Shown here piece after piece: positions 1-11,854 of a stretch of 64,000 nucleotides of DNA (position 1 is its first letter; every line of letters begins with the position of its first letter). The stretch is taken from the NCBI GenBank assembly GCA_050613775.1, contig JBODTK010000014.1, forward strand, positions 434,001 through 498,000, given 5' to 3'. The translations under genes and the position numbers were made by a program. Source of the DNA: Neocallimastix sp. 'constans' (Eukaryota). The notes below the pieces were generated by a model. It was not told the DNA's origin. It ran no database searches and was given only the letters and a program-made list of their open reading frames with translations.

Positions 1-226
1 AAATTCAGACAATCAAGCAGCAATATTCAATTGCGAAAATAATACAATAAATCCAAAATCAAAACACATTAATATTCGATATCATAAAATATGAGAATTA
101 ATTGAAAATAACATTATCAAAATCAGATATATAAAAACGATAAATAATCTAGCTGACGGTTTTACAAAATTTTTAAATGGAAAGTTAATGAATAATTTTA
201 GAAATAATTTGCTTACAAAATTTTAA
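1..226 (+). pseudogene. Ty1/copia pol C-terminus (RNase H), truncated by window edge, one in-frame stop
   Basis: Frame 2 reads NSDNQAAIFNCENNTINPKSKHINIRYHKI*ELIENN...NNLADGFTK...LLTKF*, with copia RNase H motifs DNQAA, KHINIRYH and LADGFTK; TGA at 92-94. Confidence 0.9.
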
Positions 227-250
227 AATAATATCAAACTTTAGGAGGGA

Positions 251-506
251 TGTTGAAAATAAAGTTTAATATTATTCCTATTTCATTATTAATTATATAG
301 TTATACAAATTTATATATAGTAAAATTTATAAAGTAAATTTATGTATGTAAAATGTGGCTTGCTACATTATAAATATTTATGTAATACATTTATGATTCA
401 TGTAATGTTATTGTTATGATATATTAAGATGTATATTATATTATTTTTAATAAAATGAAGTTAATAAAGTAATTTCAATTGATCAATTTACATTTAATTT
501 TCATCA
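251..506 (+). mobile_element. 3' LTR of the copia element
   Basis: Polypurine tract AGGAGGGA (243-250) directly precedes TGTTGAAAAT; the end ATTTTCATCA is a 9/10 inverted match; TG...CA termini. Confidence 0.75.
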
Positions 507-516
507 ATATACATAC

Positions 517-554
<38 letters not shown>

Positions 555-724
555 TAATAATATTCATACATAATAACTATGATTTTTAGATATTAGCCAA
601 TTAAATTAAACTAGAATAAATATAATATTTTAATTTTTTTTTTTAGAATAATATTTTTTTTTAGAGAAATTATATATAAAATAAGGACTTCAAGGGACGA
701 AGTCTACTCAAAGCAGGGGCGTCT

Positions 725-1266
725 TGATACGACACTTACAAATAATATAGAAATAACTATAAAAATAATTTAAATAATAGATAGATAATTTAATACATGT
801 AAATAAAAGAGTTTGTACAATTATAAAGTATTAATAAAATTAAATAAGATAAACTAACCAATAGAATAGAGTTAAGAGAAATAATGAAATATAAAATGAA
901 GAAAATAAATAATAAATTAAGAAGGAAGTTAGAGAGCTAACTAAAAAGTTAATATTAAGGAGAGAAAACTTAATATTATTATAATTATAGTTATAAAGAA
1001 AATAATTAGTTATTCAGAGGAATTAACTAATATAAAATTTAGTAGAATTTAATATGTATTAATATAACTAAAATAATAAAATATATTGATTAATATTTAA
1101 ATATAAAATAAAATAATAAAATTAAAATACGACAAAAGAATTATTATTGTTTACTATATATTTTATTAGTGTGTGTTTATTATTATATTCTTCTGTTAGA
1201 ATATATTATTTTATAATTAAACAACTTGCTCAACCGAACACTGATACTTTTAATAATATCGTATCA
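725..1266 (+). mobile_element. LTR 'A' (542 bp), probably a gypsy 3' LTR
   Basis: Perfect 8-bp terminal inverted repeat TGATACGA...TCGTATCA; preceded by AAAGCAGGGGCGTCT, similar to the GTCGGGGCATCT that precedes the LTR at 8523. Confidence 0.7.
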
Positions 1267-1272
1267 TTTTGG

Positions 1273-2127
1273 TGTAATAATTCTATTAAGAACTAACTCA
1301 AAATAGAATTATTAACTACAACTTAACGACTAATTCATTAAGTTGAGAAAATAAAATAAAATAAATTTTTTTACCTTTAGAGTAGAGTTTATTATAAAAT
1401 TAATTATAATAACACAAAAAGTAAGAGAAGAATTGTTTGTATAAATTGATTTTAAAAATATGTTTTTGAATAAAATATTTTTATTAATTTATTAAAGTTA
1501 AAAATATAAAATTGTTACCATTATAACTATGTTTTTTATAATAATAACTCTTGATTTCTCAAAGAGAACTCAAGAGCCTTATTTATATTTTTTTATGAAA
1601 ATAAGGTTAAATAAGAAAGGGTTTTCTAATCTTAACAAATCTCTTATCTAGGAAAAGATTAGATAGAAAAACCTAGATAAGTTTTCGATCGATATTCTAT
1701 CCATATCGATCATCGCATTAATTAAGTAAAACCGATTACTTCTAAAAAGTAATTGGAAAAAATCTTAATTAACCGATTTTCCAATCTAATGATCGAAAAT
1801 AAAAGAATAAAATAATAAAAGATATTTCGATCATATAATTTATCCTTATATTAAAAATATAAAATTTAATAGTTAATAAAATACAGAATACATTATAAAA
1901 TAAAGAATAAAATACAATACAAAATACATTAGTTACAGTAGAGAATTTAACATATTGTAAATATATTATTTAAAATTAATTAAATAAATTTTGTTAAATT
2001 AATGAATATTTAAAATTAAATTAAATAAATTTAATAAATATTATATGTAATTAAATAAAGTTATAGTTATAATAACTTAACTAAGAAAATATAATTATTT
2101 GTTAGCAAATAATTATAGATTCTTACA
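1273..2127. mobile_element. Solo LTR 'B' (~855 bp)
   Basis: Starts TGTAATAATTCTAT and ends ATAGATTCTTACA (imperfect inverted repeat); TTTTGG on both sides (1267-1272 and 2128-2133). Confidence 0.6.
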
Positions 2128-2130
2128 TTT

Positions 2131-2887
2131 TGGTAAAGAATGACTATAAATTACTTATTTTGTTATGTTTAGACATAACTTAACCATAATTAAGTTTATA
2201 TTCTTTACTAATGGAACTTTATTATATTCTTCCCTGAATTAAATTAAAAATTTTATTATATAATATTATAAATTAATTAAAATTATTATAATATTAATTA
2301 AAATCTTTATAAAAATATTTTTTATAAAATCATTACTGAATCTTAATTAAATTAATATTAAAATACATATAAACTCTTCAAAAATTTATATTAACAAATT
2401 CTTTATTGAATCTATATTAAAATTATTTTATATTTTTATTATATTTTTATCAAATTAATTATTATTAACTTTCAATAACACTATAAATTAATATTAATTT
2501 TTATTAAACTTAAAATAAATTATCATTAAATAATTTATTATCTTTTATAAAATTAAATTAATATTTTTGTAAACTTTTAATTAAAAATTTTATTAAAAAC
2601 TTTTTAATTATTTACTCCAGATATTATTTAATTAAAATCTTTATAATATCTTTTTTTTTTAAATAATAATTTTTTATTCCTTTATGGAATTTATATTAAA
2701 CTTATTATTAATAATTTTATTTAGCATTTAATTAAGAATGAATTAATAATTCTTTTAATTAAATACTTAAATTCTTTTTCATTTCCAAGATATTAAACTT
2801 TAAAAATGAAATCGAATATAAATATCTGAAGAAAATAACTTCTTCTAAAAAAAAAAAATAACACAAAACAATAATAAAAATAATAAA

Positions 2888-2940
<53 letters not shown>

Positions 2941-3203
2941 TAATAATAATAATAATAAAAATAATAATAATAATAAAATAAAAATAGTAATAATATTAGT
3001 AATAATATAAGTAATAGTATTAATATTAATATTAGGAATAGTAATAATTTAGCTAATAAAATTTAATTAGTTTAATAAATAATGTAATTACTTTAAAAAT
3101 TAAATAAATAAATAAATTATAAAATTGTTATTGTGTAAATAAATATTTTAAATCTTTATCTTTTCTGTATAAAAAATTTTGTTTTTCCCAATGAACCATA
3201 ACA
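2131..3203 (+). repeat. 5' LTR of element C (1073 bp)
   Basis: By eye matches 8523-9589 except within the internal (AAT)n tract. Confidence 0.95.
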
Positions 3204-3210
3204 TAAGTTT

Positions 3211-3227
3211 TGGTGGAAAGATCGGGG
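3211..3227 (+). promoter_or_regulatory. Primer binding site, possibly tRNA-Ala
   Basis: TGGTGGAAAGATCGGGG lies 7 nt after the LTR; its complement ends ...TCC-A-CCA, as in tRNA-Ala acceptor ends. The tRNA identity is inferred. Confidence 0.7.
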
Positions 3228-3767
3228 AAAAACAAAATTTTAATATTACATTAGATAATTATTTAAAATATTAGTTGTTAATTTAAAATTTTTTTTATGA
3301 AATAGTTTTTTTTTTATAAAACATTTTTTTTCTAAAATCTTTTTTTTTAAAAAAGTTAAAGCGATAGATAAATTTTTTTTTTTAAAATTTATTAATGAAG
3401 CTTTAATTAAATAACTTTTGATTAAGTTATTTTATTTTAATTGTTATAATTAAATTGAATTAGTACGCTTCAGAAGAAGTACTATTGTTGGGATTGTAAG
3501 AGTAAAAATTATCGACCTAAGTATATCCTTAACAATTTTTATATTGTAAGGCAATGTGCTACAATTTTCGTTTGAGAATAATTGTACTCTGTGCGTTTTA
3601 TCCATGACACCGTTAATAGGTAAGCTATGTAAAACGTAAACGATTTTTACTAATCCTAACAATACTATTGGATAGTAGCTGGAAATGCTATTTGATTATA
3701 ATAATTAATTTTAAAATATTTAATTTTTAAATTATTAGTATATATTAAAATTGTTATTAATTATAAA

Positions 3768-3798
<31 letters not shown>

Positions 3799-4181
3799 TT
3801 TTTTTTTTAAAAATATACGCATTAAAATATTTTTCTTTGAGTAAATATTTATTCCAACAAAAATTTTTTTTTTAGGTATCCGGTGTAATTATATACCTGC
3901 ATATAGTATCTAGATAACGATATACGTAGTAGAGGTTATAAAGATATAAAAATAATTTTAAATTCGCAAAGTAAAACAGAGTGAGGTTGCATTGAAGCGG
4001 GGTAGTAGAGATTTTAAAGATAAGGTTACGATATATCAAGAGTATCTAACTGACGGTCTTTAGAACGAGGTCGAACGACGCAGTAACTTCACTTGGGGTT
4101 TGAAAAACGATTTAAATTTATAATATATGCATATGAAATAATTATTGATTCTCCGGGTATAGTACTTATATTATTTACTCA

Positions 4182-4235
<54 letters not shown>

Positions 4236-4271
4236 TAATTTTTTTTTTTTTTTGAACAAAAGTTTTCTTTC

Positions 4272-4485
4272 TTTATTGTCGAACAGAGTGTTTGAAATAA
4301 AGTAAATATTAATATTATTAACAATAATTTTATTTATTCGTCAAACAGAGTGTTTGGAATAAAAGATTCATTAATATTACAAAAATTTTTATTTATTCGT
4401 CAAACAGAGTGTTTGGAATAAAGGATTAATTAATATTATAACAATATTATTTTTTTTTATCTGTTAAACAGAGTGTTTGAAAAAA
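4272..4485 (+). repeat. Four ~60-bp tandem units, each with a stem-loop, in the 5' leader of element C
   Basis: Core AACAGAGTGTTTG repeated four times; units 2 and 3 read TTTATTC-GT-CAAACA-GAG-TGTTTG-GAATAAA. Confidence 0.85.
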
Positions 4486-4666
4486 AAAAAAAAAATAAAT
4501 AAAATAAATTATATTATTTACAATTAATATATTTAATATATATATATAATTTTTTTTTACAAATACTTGATAGTTTTGTTATTTTTCTTTAATAAAACTA
4601 CTTAAAATAAAATATTAATTAATAAATAAATTAAATTCAAATTAAATACTAAAAATTCTGGTAAAA

Positions 4667-5584
4667 ATGAGTGACATTCATTTCAAAGAACTAAAGAAAG
4701 AATTAAAGGATATCGAAAAATTGTCTAAGGACAATTTAGATATCAAGACCTGGTGTTCTGATCTTGAACTTTGGGTAGAACTTGGTGAAGTGACAGATGA
4801 AAGAAAAATTTTCTTGGCTTGCGTTTTAACTTCAACAGGAGAACCGAGACAAATTATTCAAGAACTCGGAAATCAAATTAATACCAATGATAGTTCAATT
4901 GACAATGATGAAGAAGATAGCTCTTCAGGCTCGGAATTTTCATCTGAAAAGTATTATCCTTCCTTACAAGAGATAACTAATGCATTAGAAGAATTTTATG
5001 GCACTAAAGAAGACCAAAATATATTATTAAGGGAATTACGGTCTTTAAAAATAAAAAGAAATGAAAGGGTAAAGGATTTTAATGTCAAATTTAAAACCTT
5101 ATACTTAAAACTAGATAAAAAGAGAAAAAGACATGTCAGTGTATTAGATTATGTTGATGCTTTAGAAAACAACCAAGAAGCTTGGAAACGAGTAGCATTG
5201 GAAGATGATTTAACTCTCTCAAAAGCTTATCAAATCGCTGAAAAGGTAGACCGTTTGCAAAATAGGTCAACTCAAGGAAGTACCCAACCAAGGCAAAATT
5301 TTACATCTAATAATTCTTTTTCTAATAACTATTCTCGTTCTAATCTTAGAAGTAGTAATACTAACAATTATAATAACCAAAAAAGTTTTGATAAATTAAG
5401 AATAGAAAGGTCTAAAGAAGGAAAAGAAATGGAGGATTTAACAAGAAAAATGAAAAATCTAACTATCAAAGCATGCTATTTCTATAAAGAACAAGGCCAT
5501 TTTCAGAGTAACTGTCCTAAACTTCGTAAAATTATACAGAAAAACCGGGAAGAGTTAATTCAAGATGATCATTTAAATCAGTAA
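4667..5584 (+). CDS. gag: Retrotransposon Gag (305 aa) with a degenerate zinc knuckle
   Basis: First ORF after the PBS; C-terminal CYFYKEQGHFQSNC is Cx2Cx4Hx4C with the second Cys changed to Tyr. Confidence 0.9.
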   Translation: MSDIHFKELKKELKDIEKLSKDNLDIKTWCSDLELWVELGEVTDERKIFLACVLTSTGEPRQIIQELGNQINTNDSSIDNDEEDSSSGSEFSSEKYYPSLQEITNALEEFYGTKEDQNILLRELRSLKIKRNERVKDFNVKFKTLYLKLDKKRKRHVSVLDYVDALENNQEAWKRVALEDDLTLSKAYQIAEKVDRLQNRSTQGSTQPRQNFTSNNSFSNNYSRSNLRSSNTNNYNNQKSFDKLRIERSKEGKEMEDLTRKMKNLTIKACYFYKEQGHFQSNCPKLRKIIQKNREELIQDDHLNQ

Positions 5585-5604
5585 GAGGGAGTAGAAGCTC
5601 TCCC
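5572..5604 (+). promoter_or_regulatory. Putative -1 programmed ribosomal frameshift signal (gag-pol)
   Basis: Slippery heptamer T TTA AAT in the gag frame followed by a GGGAG...CTCCC hairpin; the -1 frame is open from here into the pol ORF at 5725. Confidence 0.7.
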
Positions 5605-8499
5605 ATTGTCAATAAAACAGCTTCATTAAAATATCATCAAGAATCAATTAATAAAGAGTTTAGTAATATTAAAGAAATATTAGATTCAGAAAATTTTAAA
5701 AATTCCAACCATTTAATAGCGGCTATGACTAGGAATTCAAAGAGAAAAAGTGACCAAGTGGATAGCATTACACATGAAAGTGGAAGGAAGAGAAGTCATA
5801 GAAGCTTAAAGGACAATCCTATTACTATTTTAACTCCTGCCTTAAGGAAGAAACAAGAAGAAGAAATGACTAGTAAAACTCCACAAGAAAAGTATAAAAA
5901 TCAAGTCAGTCCTTCTATACTAACTGAGCCTAGGATTGAAAAAGAAAAGATGAAAGAAAAAGCAATTCGTGATAAAGAACGAGCAGAGACAAATCAAATC
6001 TTAGATTCCGATTTCACTAAAGAAAATGTTACTGAAGGAAATAAGAGTGACCAAAATCTTGGAAACCATATCTCCTTGACAAGACTTATTAATGATCAAC
6101 TTCCTAAAGACAATATTCCGGAAAACAAAAATATAAAAATATCCAGAAAAATACAAATGCAAATAAATAAAGAACCTTACGATGTAATTGATTTAAATAA
6201 GACTCAATGTAATATTACCTTTGGAAAACTTCTGGATGTATCACCTAAAATACGTACGCAAGTGTCTCATGGTCTTAGATTAGAAAGGAATCAAACTAAG
6301 GTTACTGGTGTAGTGGATAACTTATCTGCAACCACTGTTATGGTAAATAACATAGAACATACTTATAAAAGTTGAAGTCGTGAAGCACAGGAAGATGATG
6401 TGGCTATGGTAGATATTACGGTAGATGGTGTTAAAGGAAAAGCATTAGTTGATTCTTGTAGTAATTTAAGCATAATTACTAAACAGTTTCTAGATAAACT
6501 TCCTAATAAATATGAACCTATTGGAATTAGTTGTGGTAGGATTCGACTAGCTACCAGGAATGATGATTATTCTGAAAGCTATATTCTAAAAATTCCTATA
6601 CAAATTAATAAATTCAAAATGATTGTTAACTGTAGATTAGTTGAAAAAGAAGATCCATTTTATGATGTTCTTATTAATCTGAAATCTCCTACTAATGTTC
6701 ATGAGCTCAGATCTTTTCTGGGAGCAGTTGGTTACTATCGTAATTTTGTTAATAAATATTCACAAATTTCAGCACCTTTATGCAAACTTTTAAAGAAAGG
6801 GGAAAAATATATTTGGAATAAAGAACAAGAAGAAAGCTTTAAATCACTTAAAGAGGGTTTAATTAATGCACCTATATTAAAATTTCCGCAATTTGACAAA
6901 GAATTTATAATAAGAACTGATGCCTCTTACGATGGAATAGGCGGACTACTCCTGCAAAAAGATGAAGAAACAAAGATTGAGCATCCGGTTCACTATATTA
7001 GTAGAACCTTAACTAAATCGGAGAAGAATTATGGAATTACTGATTTAGAAGGTGCTGCACTATATTATTGTTTAACTAAATTGAAACCTTACATTATAGG
7101 TAATCCCATTAAAACCATCATATATACGGACCATAAACCATCAATAGGTTTATTTAAAAATAAAGAACCACATAATGCAAGACAAACTCGTTGGTGTCTA
7201 ACTGCAAGTATGCTAGGAGTTGAGATAAGGTATGAAAGTGGCAAGAAAAATGTCGTTGCTGATGCTCTCTCCAGAATGAAAAATGAAAGTAATAAAGTTG
7301 TTTTAGCTACCAATATTAATTCTGAAATTGATGAAACCCTGTTATCTAAAGTAATCAAGGAATTTCTTGAAGAAAAATTTACTGTTATTGATGGAGTTGA
7401 ATATTTTATCGATGGAAATAATTATCGTAAATTAATAACCAATACTGAAGAAAAATTAAAACTTATTTTTGCAGCACATAACGTAGGTCATGAAGGATAC
7501 TACAAGACATATCAAAGGTTAAAAAGATGTTATTATTGGAATAATATGATCAGCGATGTCAAGAGGGTAGTTAGTAAATGTGAGAAATGTCAACTGAACC
7601 GCCCTCAACCATATCCTAATCCAACTGAAGGAATTCCAACCCAAGTTGAAGGACCATTTGTACATATGGGTCTGGATATCATAGGTCCATTGGTTCAAAC
7701 GAGAAATAAAAATCAATATTTAATAGTAATGGTAGACTATTTCACTAAGTGGGTGGAAGCCGAACCTACAGAAACCATCACTGCAATGGATGCAATAAAA
7801 TTTCTTATTAATATATTTTCGAGGCATGGGATTCCACAGGTGATTACTACTGATAATGGAGTACAATTTACTGCGGACATGACTAAAATATTTCTTGATC
7901 TTTATGATGTCTATGTTAAGTTTACCTCAACCTATCATCCTGAGAGCAATGGCTTAGTAGAAAACAGAAATAAGGAGATAGGCAAATTATTGAGATTGCT
8001 AGGAACTAAATATAAGGATTGAGATGAAATCCTCCCTTCCGCTTTATAGGCTTTACGTACTACTTAAAACAATGTAACAAAATATTCTAGCTTTGAACTT
8101 GTGTATGGTCGTGAAGATCAGCAACCCTTTGATATTGCAGCTCGTCCAACGAAAGATACCAAAGGAAAAACATCAGATGAAATAATACTTGAAAAATTTA
8201 TTAATCATTATAGATGGACATTAGAAGCTGCCAAAAATGTCAAAAATGCCAACAAATATTGGGCAATTCGTAGACAAGAGAAAAATAGTATGAACAAAGG
8301 AAAAAGCATTAATCCTGGAGATTTGGTTCTGGTAAGAAATCTATCTAGAACTAAGTTGGAGCCTTACTTTGTAGGTCCCTTGAAGGTTATAAAGAAACAA
8401 TTTAATACAGTTACTTTAGCAGATCCTAATTCAGGCGTACAATTAAACAGAAATGTTCATTTAAAGAATATAGTAAAGTATAACTCAGCTTCAGGATAG
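5572..8499 (+). pseudogene. pol: Gypsy pol: protease, RT thumb/RNase H and integrase; RT catalytic core absent; four in-frame stops
   Basis: ALVDSCS protease; LRSFLGAVGYYR; TDAS...TDHKP...ADALSR RNase H; GH...CEKC, DIIGP, TDNG and NGLVE integrase; GPLKV tail. Single frame with stops at about 6373, 8020, 8047 and 8065. Confidence 0.92.
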
Positions 8500-8522
8500 C
8501 TTGAGTCTTCGTCGGGGCATCT

Positions 8523-9279
8523 TGGTAAAGAATGACTATAAATTACTTATTTTGTTATGTTTAGACATAACTTAACCATAATTAAGTTTATATTCTTTAC
8601 TAATGGAACTTTATTATATTCTTCCCTGAATTAAATTAAAAATTTTATTATATAATATTATAAATTAATTAAAATTATTATAATATTAATTAAAATCTTT
8701 ATAAAAATATTTTTTATAAAATCATTACTGAATCTTAATTAAATTAATATTAAAATACATATAAACTCTTCAAAAATTTATATTAACAAATTCTTTATTG
8801 AATCTATATTAAAATTATTTTATATTTTTATTATATTTTTATCAAATTAATTATTATTAACTTTCAATAACACTATAAATTAATATTAATTTTTATTAAA
8901 CTTAAAATAAATTATCATTAAATAATTTATTATCTTTTATAAAATTAAATTAATATTTTTGTAAACTTTTAATTAAAAATTTTATTAAAAACTTTTTAAT
9001 TATTTACTCCAGATATTATTTAATTAAAATCTTTATAATATCTTTTTTTTTTAAATAATAATTTTTTATTCCTTTATGGAATTTATATTAAACTTATTAT
9101 TAATAATTTTATTTAGCATTTAATTAAGAATGAATTAATAATTCTTTTAATTAAATACTTAAATTCTTTTTCATTTCCAAGATATTAAACTTTAAAAATG
9201 AAATCGAATATAAATATCTGAAGAAAATAACTTCTTCTAAAAAAAAAAAATAACACAAAACAATAATAAAAATAATAAA

Positions 9280-9357
<78 letters not shown>

Positions 9358-9589
9358 AATAAAATAAAAATAGTAATAATATTAGTAATAATATAAGTAA
9401 TAGTATTAATATTAATATTAGGAATAGTAATAATTTAGCTAATAAAATTTAATTAGTTTAATAAATAATGTAATTACTTTAAAAATTAAATAAATAAATA
9501 AATTATAAAATTGTTATTGTGTAAATAAATATTTTAAATCTTTATCTTTTCTGTATAAAAAATTTTGTTTTTCCCAATGAACCATAACA
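8523..9589 (+). repeat. 3' LTR of element C (1067 bp)
   Basis: Direct repeat of 2131-3203, directly downstream of the integrase end and GTCGGGGCATCT. Confidence 0.95.
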
Positions 9590-9619
9590 TTTTAGTATTC
9601 GTTACAATTATTAAAAAAC

Positions 9620-11700
9620 AAAAATTTAATATCTCATGTATATGAAAAGAAATTTAAAAATTTTTCCGGTAATGATTTGAAAAAAGAAAAAGAAAAGAAT
9701 TTAATTTTAGTAGATGGTACAATACTTACTTTGAATCTACCGTTACAAAAGAATTTGTCAGTAAAGATGAAAAGCAAAAGAATTAATTTTAAACAGCATA
9801 GAAAATATAATAGCTATTAATATAGACTTCATTTCATTAATAACATATGAAGTTTATGAATTATTAAAAGGAACTAATGAAAGAAATGCAAACAAAGAAG
9901 AAATTAAAATTTTAAATAAAGAAAAAAGAAATAATAACGATTTTGATATAAATGATAACGAAAATAATACAAATAATATAAATATTAATAATAATAATAT
10001 TGAATATGATGAAATTAAAAATGTTTTTGATAATTACAAAAATAATGAAGTTAAATTCATTAAATATAAACAATGGTAAATATTTCTGAAAATAAACAAA
10101 AAAATGAAAGTATGTTAAATAATAATGAGAGTATAAATAAAAATCAAATAACAAATAAAAGAAAATATGAATACGAAAGCGAGGATGAATTTTCACTAAA
10201 TGAAAAAAATAGACTAATATGCTTGTTAACTTTCATTAATCACTATGACTTTCCTCCACCCAATTCATATGAAGAAATTGTTAATAGACAAGATAAAGAA
10301 GGGTGGTTGGAAGCAATAAAAGATGAAAAAAATAATTTAATTGAAAAAATAGTATATGAAGAGAGAGATCATATTCCTCCAGGTAAGAATTTAATTACAT
10401 TGAAATGGATATTTACTTATAAGAGAAATAATAAGAAAAGGTAATAAAATTTAAGGCGAAACTTGTTGCGAGAGGTTTCTCACAAATATATTTAGTTGAT
10501 TATATAGAAACCTTCTCACCAACACTGCAAAAAAACTCATTAAGAATAATAATTTCAATTTCATTATATTATAATTTTAAGATTTTTCAATTAGATATTA
10601 AAGCAGCATACTTAAATGCTGAATTAAATGAAGAAATATATACTGAAATACCTATAGGAATTAATGGAAAAGGTAAGAAATTTTGGAAATTAAGAAAGCA
10701 CTATATGGATTAAAACAAGCAGGCAGGATATGGAATGAAAAATTAAATGACAATTTAATTAAAATTGGTTTTATAAGATTAAAAAGTGAACCATGTATAT
10801 ATTTAAAATTAAATATATTTAACAAAATTATCTCAATTATAGCAGTTTATTTATGCGATATTTTATTAGCAGGTAATAAAAAAGAAATTGAAAAAATTAA
10901 TTTACAAATTAAAAATGAATGTGACATGACAGATATAGGTAATGTAGATTTCATAATTGGAATTAAATTTATAAATTGTCATGATGGAATTATATTGCTT
11001 CAATTATTATATTTAGAAAAAATATTAAATAAATTTGAAATAAGTAAATTTTATGGATGCAATAATATGAAATTTGAGGAAAATAAAAAATTAAAAAATA
11101 AATTATTTGATGCTAAAAAATATATGCAGGCTGTTGGTAGTTTACTCTATTTAGCTATGGGAACACGACCAGATATTTTATTTGTGGTAAGTAAAGCCTC
11201 AAGAAAAAATAAAAATCCAATTTATGAAGATTGGAATAATGTAATAAAAATTTTTAAATATTTAAAAAAAAATAAAAATTATGGATTAAAGTTTAAAAGG
11301 AATATAAATATAAAAACTTATGTTGATGCAGATTTAGGTGGTTACATAGAAACTCGCAGACCAACAAGCTTTATTATAATAATGGGGGGAACACCAATAA
11401 CTTGGTATTCCAAATTACAACATTATATGGCTGTGTCTATAGCAGAGCGAATATTATAGCCTGAATGAGTGTGCATTAAAGTGTATATGGATAATAAATT
11501 TATTAAATGAATTAAATATTAACATAAAAAATATTACAATAAATGTTGATAATAAAGCTGCTATTTATAATAGTAAAAATAATTCATTAAATATAAAATC
11601 AAGACATATAGATACCAAATATCATAAAATTAGAGAATTAGTGAAGGAAAACAAAATTAATTTAAACTATATAAAATCAAAGTATATTTTAGATAATTTA
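9620..11700 (+). pseudogene. pol: Degenerate Ty1/copia pol (RT and RNase H), frameshifted
   Basis: WLEAIKDE, KWIFTYK, FKAKLVARGFSQ, QLDIKAAYLNA, KKALYGLKQAGRIW, GSLLYLAMGTRPDI, YVDAD and DNKAAI motifs spread across frames; the 5' boundary is approximate. Confidence 0.9.
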
Positions 11701-11854
11701 TAAATATTATATAGATTATTATTCAATATTATAATAAAATGTATAATGTGGCGTATAATGATATTATAAAATCACATGTTTTTATTATTTTATGTAGAAT
11801 TATTATAGATAGCTATATTTAATATTTATTATGAAGTAAATTAAAAGATGATTA

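Larger units (their letters stand above)
2131..9589 (+). mobile_element. Full two-LTR Ty3/gypsy retrotransposon 'C', non-autonomous (RT core deleted)
   Basis: Direct repeats 2131-3203 and 8523-9589 (TGGTAAAG...CCATAACA), PBS after the 5' LTR, and gag then PR-RNaseH-IN order inside. Confidence 0.95.

Noticed and set aside
3450..3662. 70-aa antisense ORF in the element C leader
   Set aside because: TTG start and no recognisable motif.
4045..4090. Hammerhead-like CTGACGG...CGAAC in the element C leader
   Set aside because: Core positions deviate from CUGANGA/GAAA and the stems are weak.
4272..4485. CRISPR-like repeat/spacer appearance
   Set aside because: Eukaryotic retroelement leader, spacers resemble each other, and there are no cas genes.
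3884..4561. Possible nested LTR (TGTAATTATATA...TTTTACA)
   Set aside because: No target-site duplication and no second copy in the window.
7089..7716. Minus-strand ORFs inside pol
   Set aside because: Antisense shadows of the pol frame.
6373..8067. Stop codons as a sign of RIP or a variant genetic code
   Set aside because: The stops are of mixed type (TGA, TAG, TAA), and host genes read normally in the standard code.
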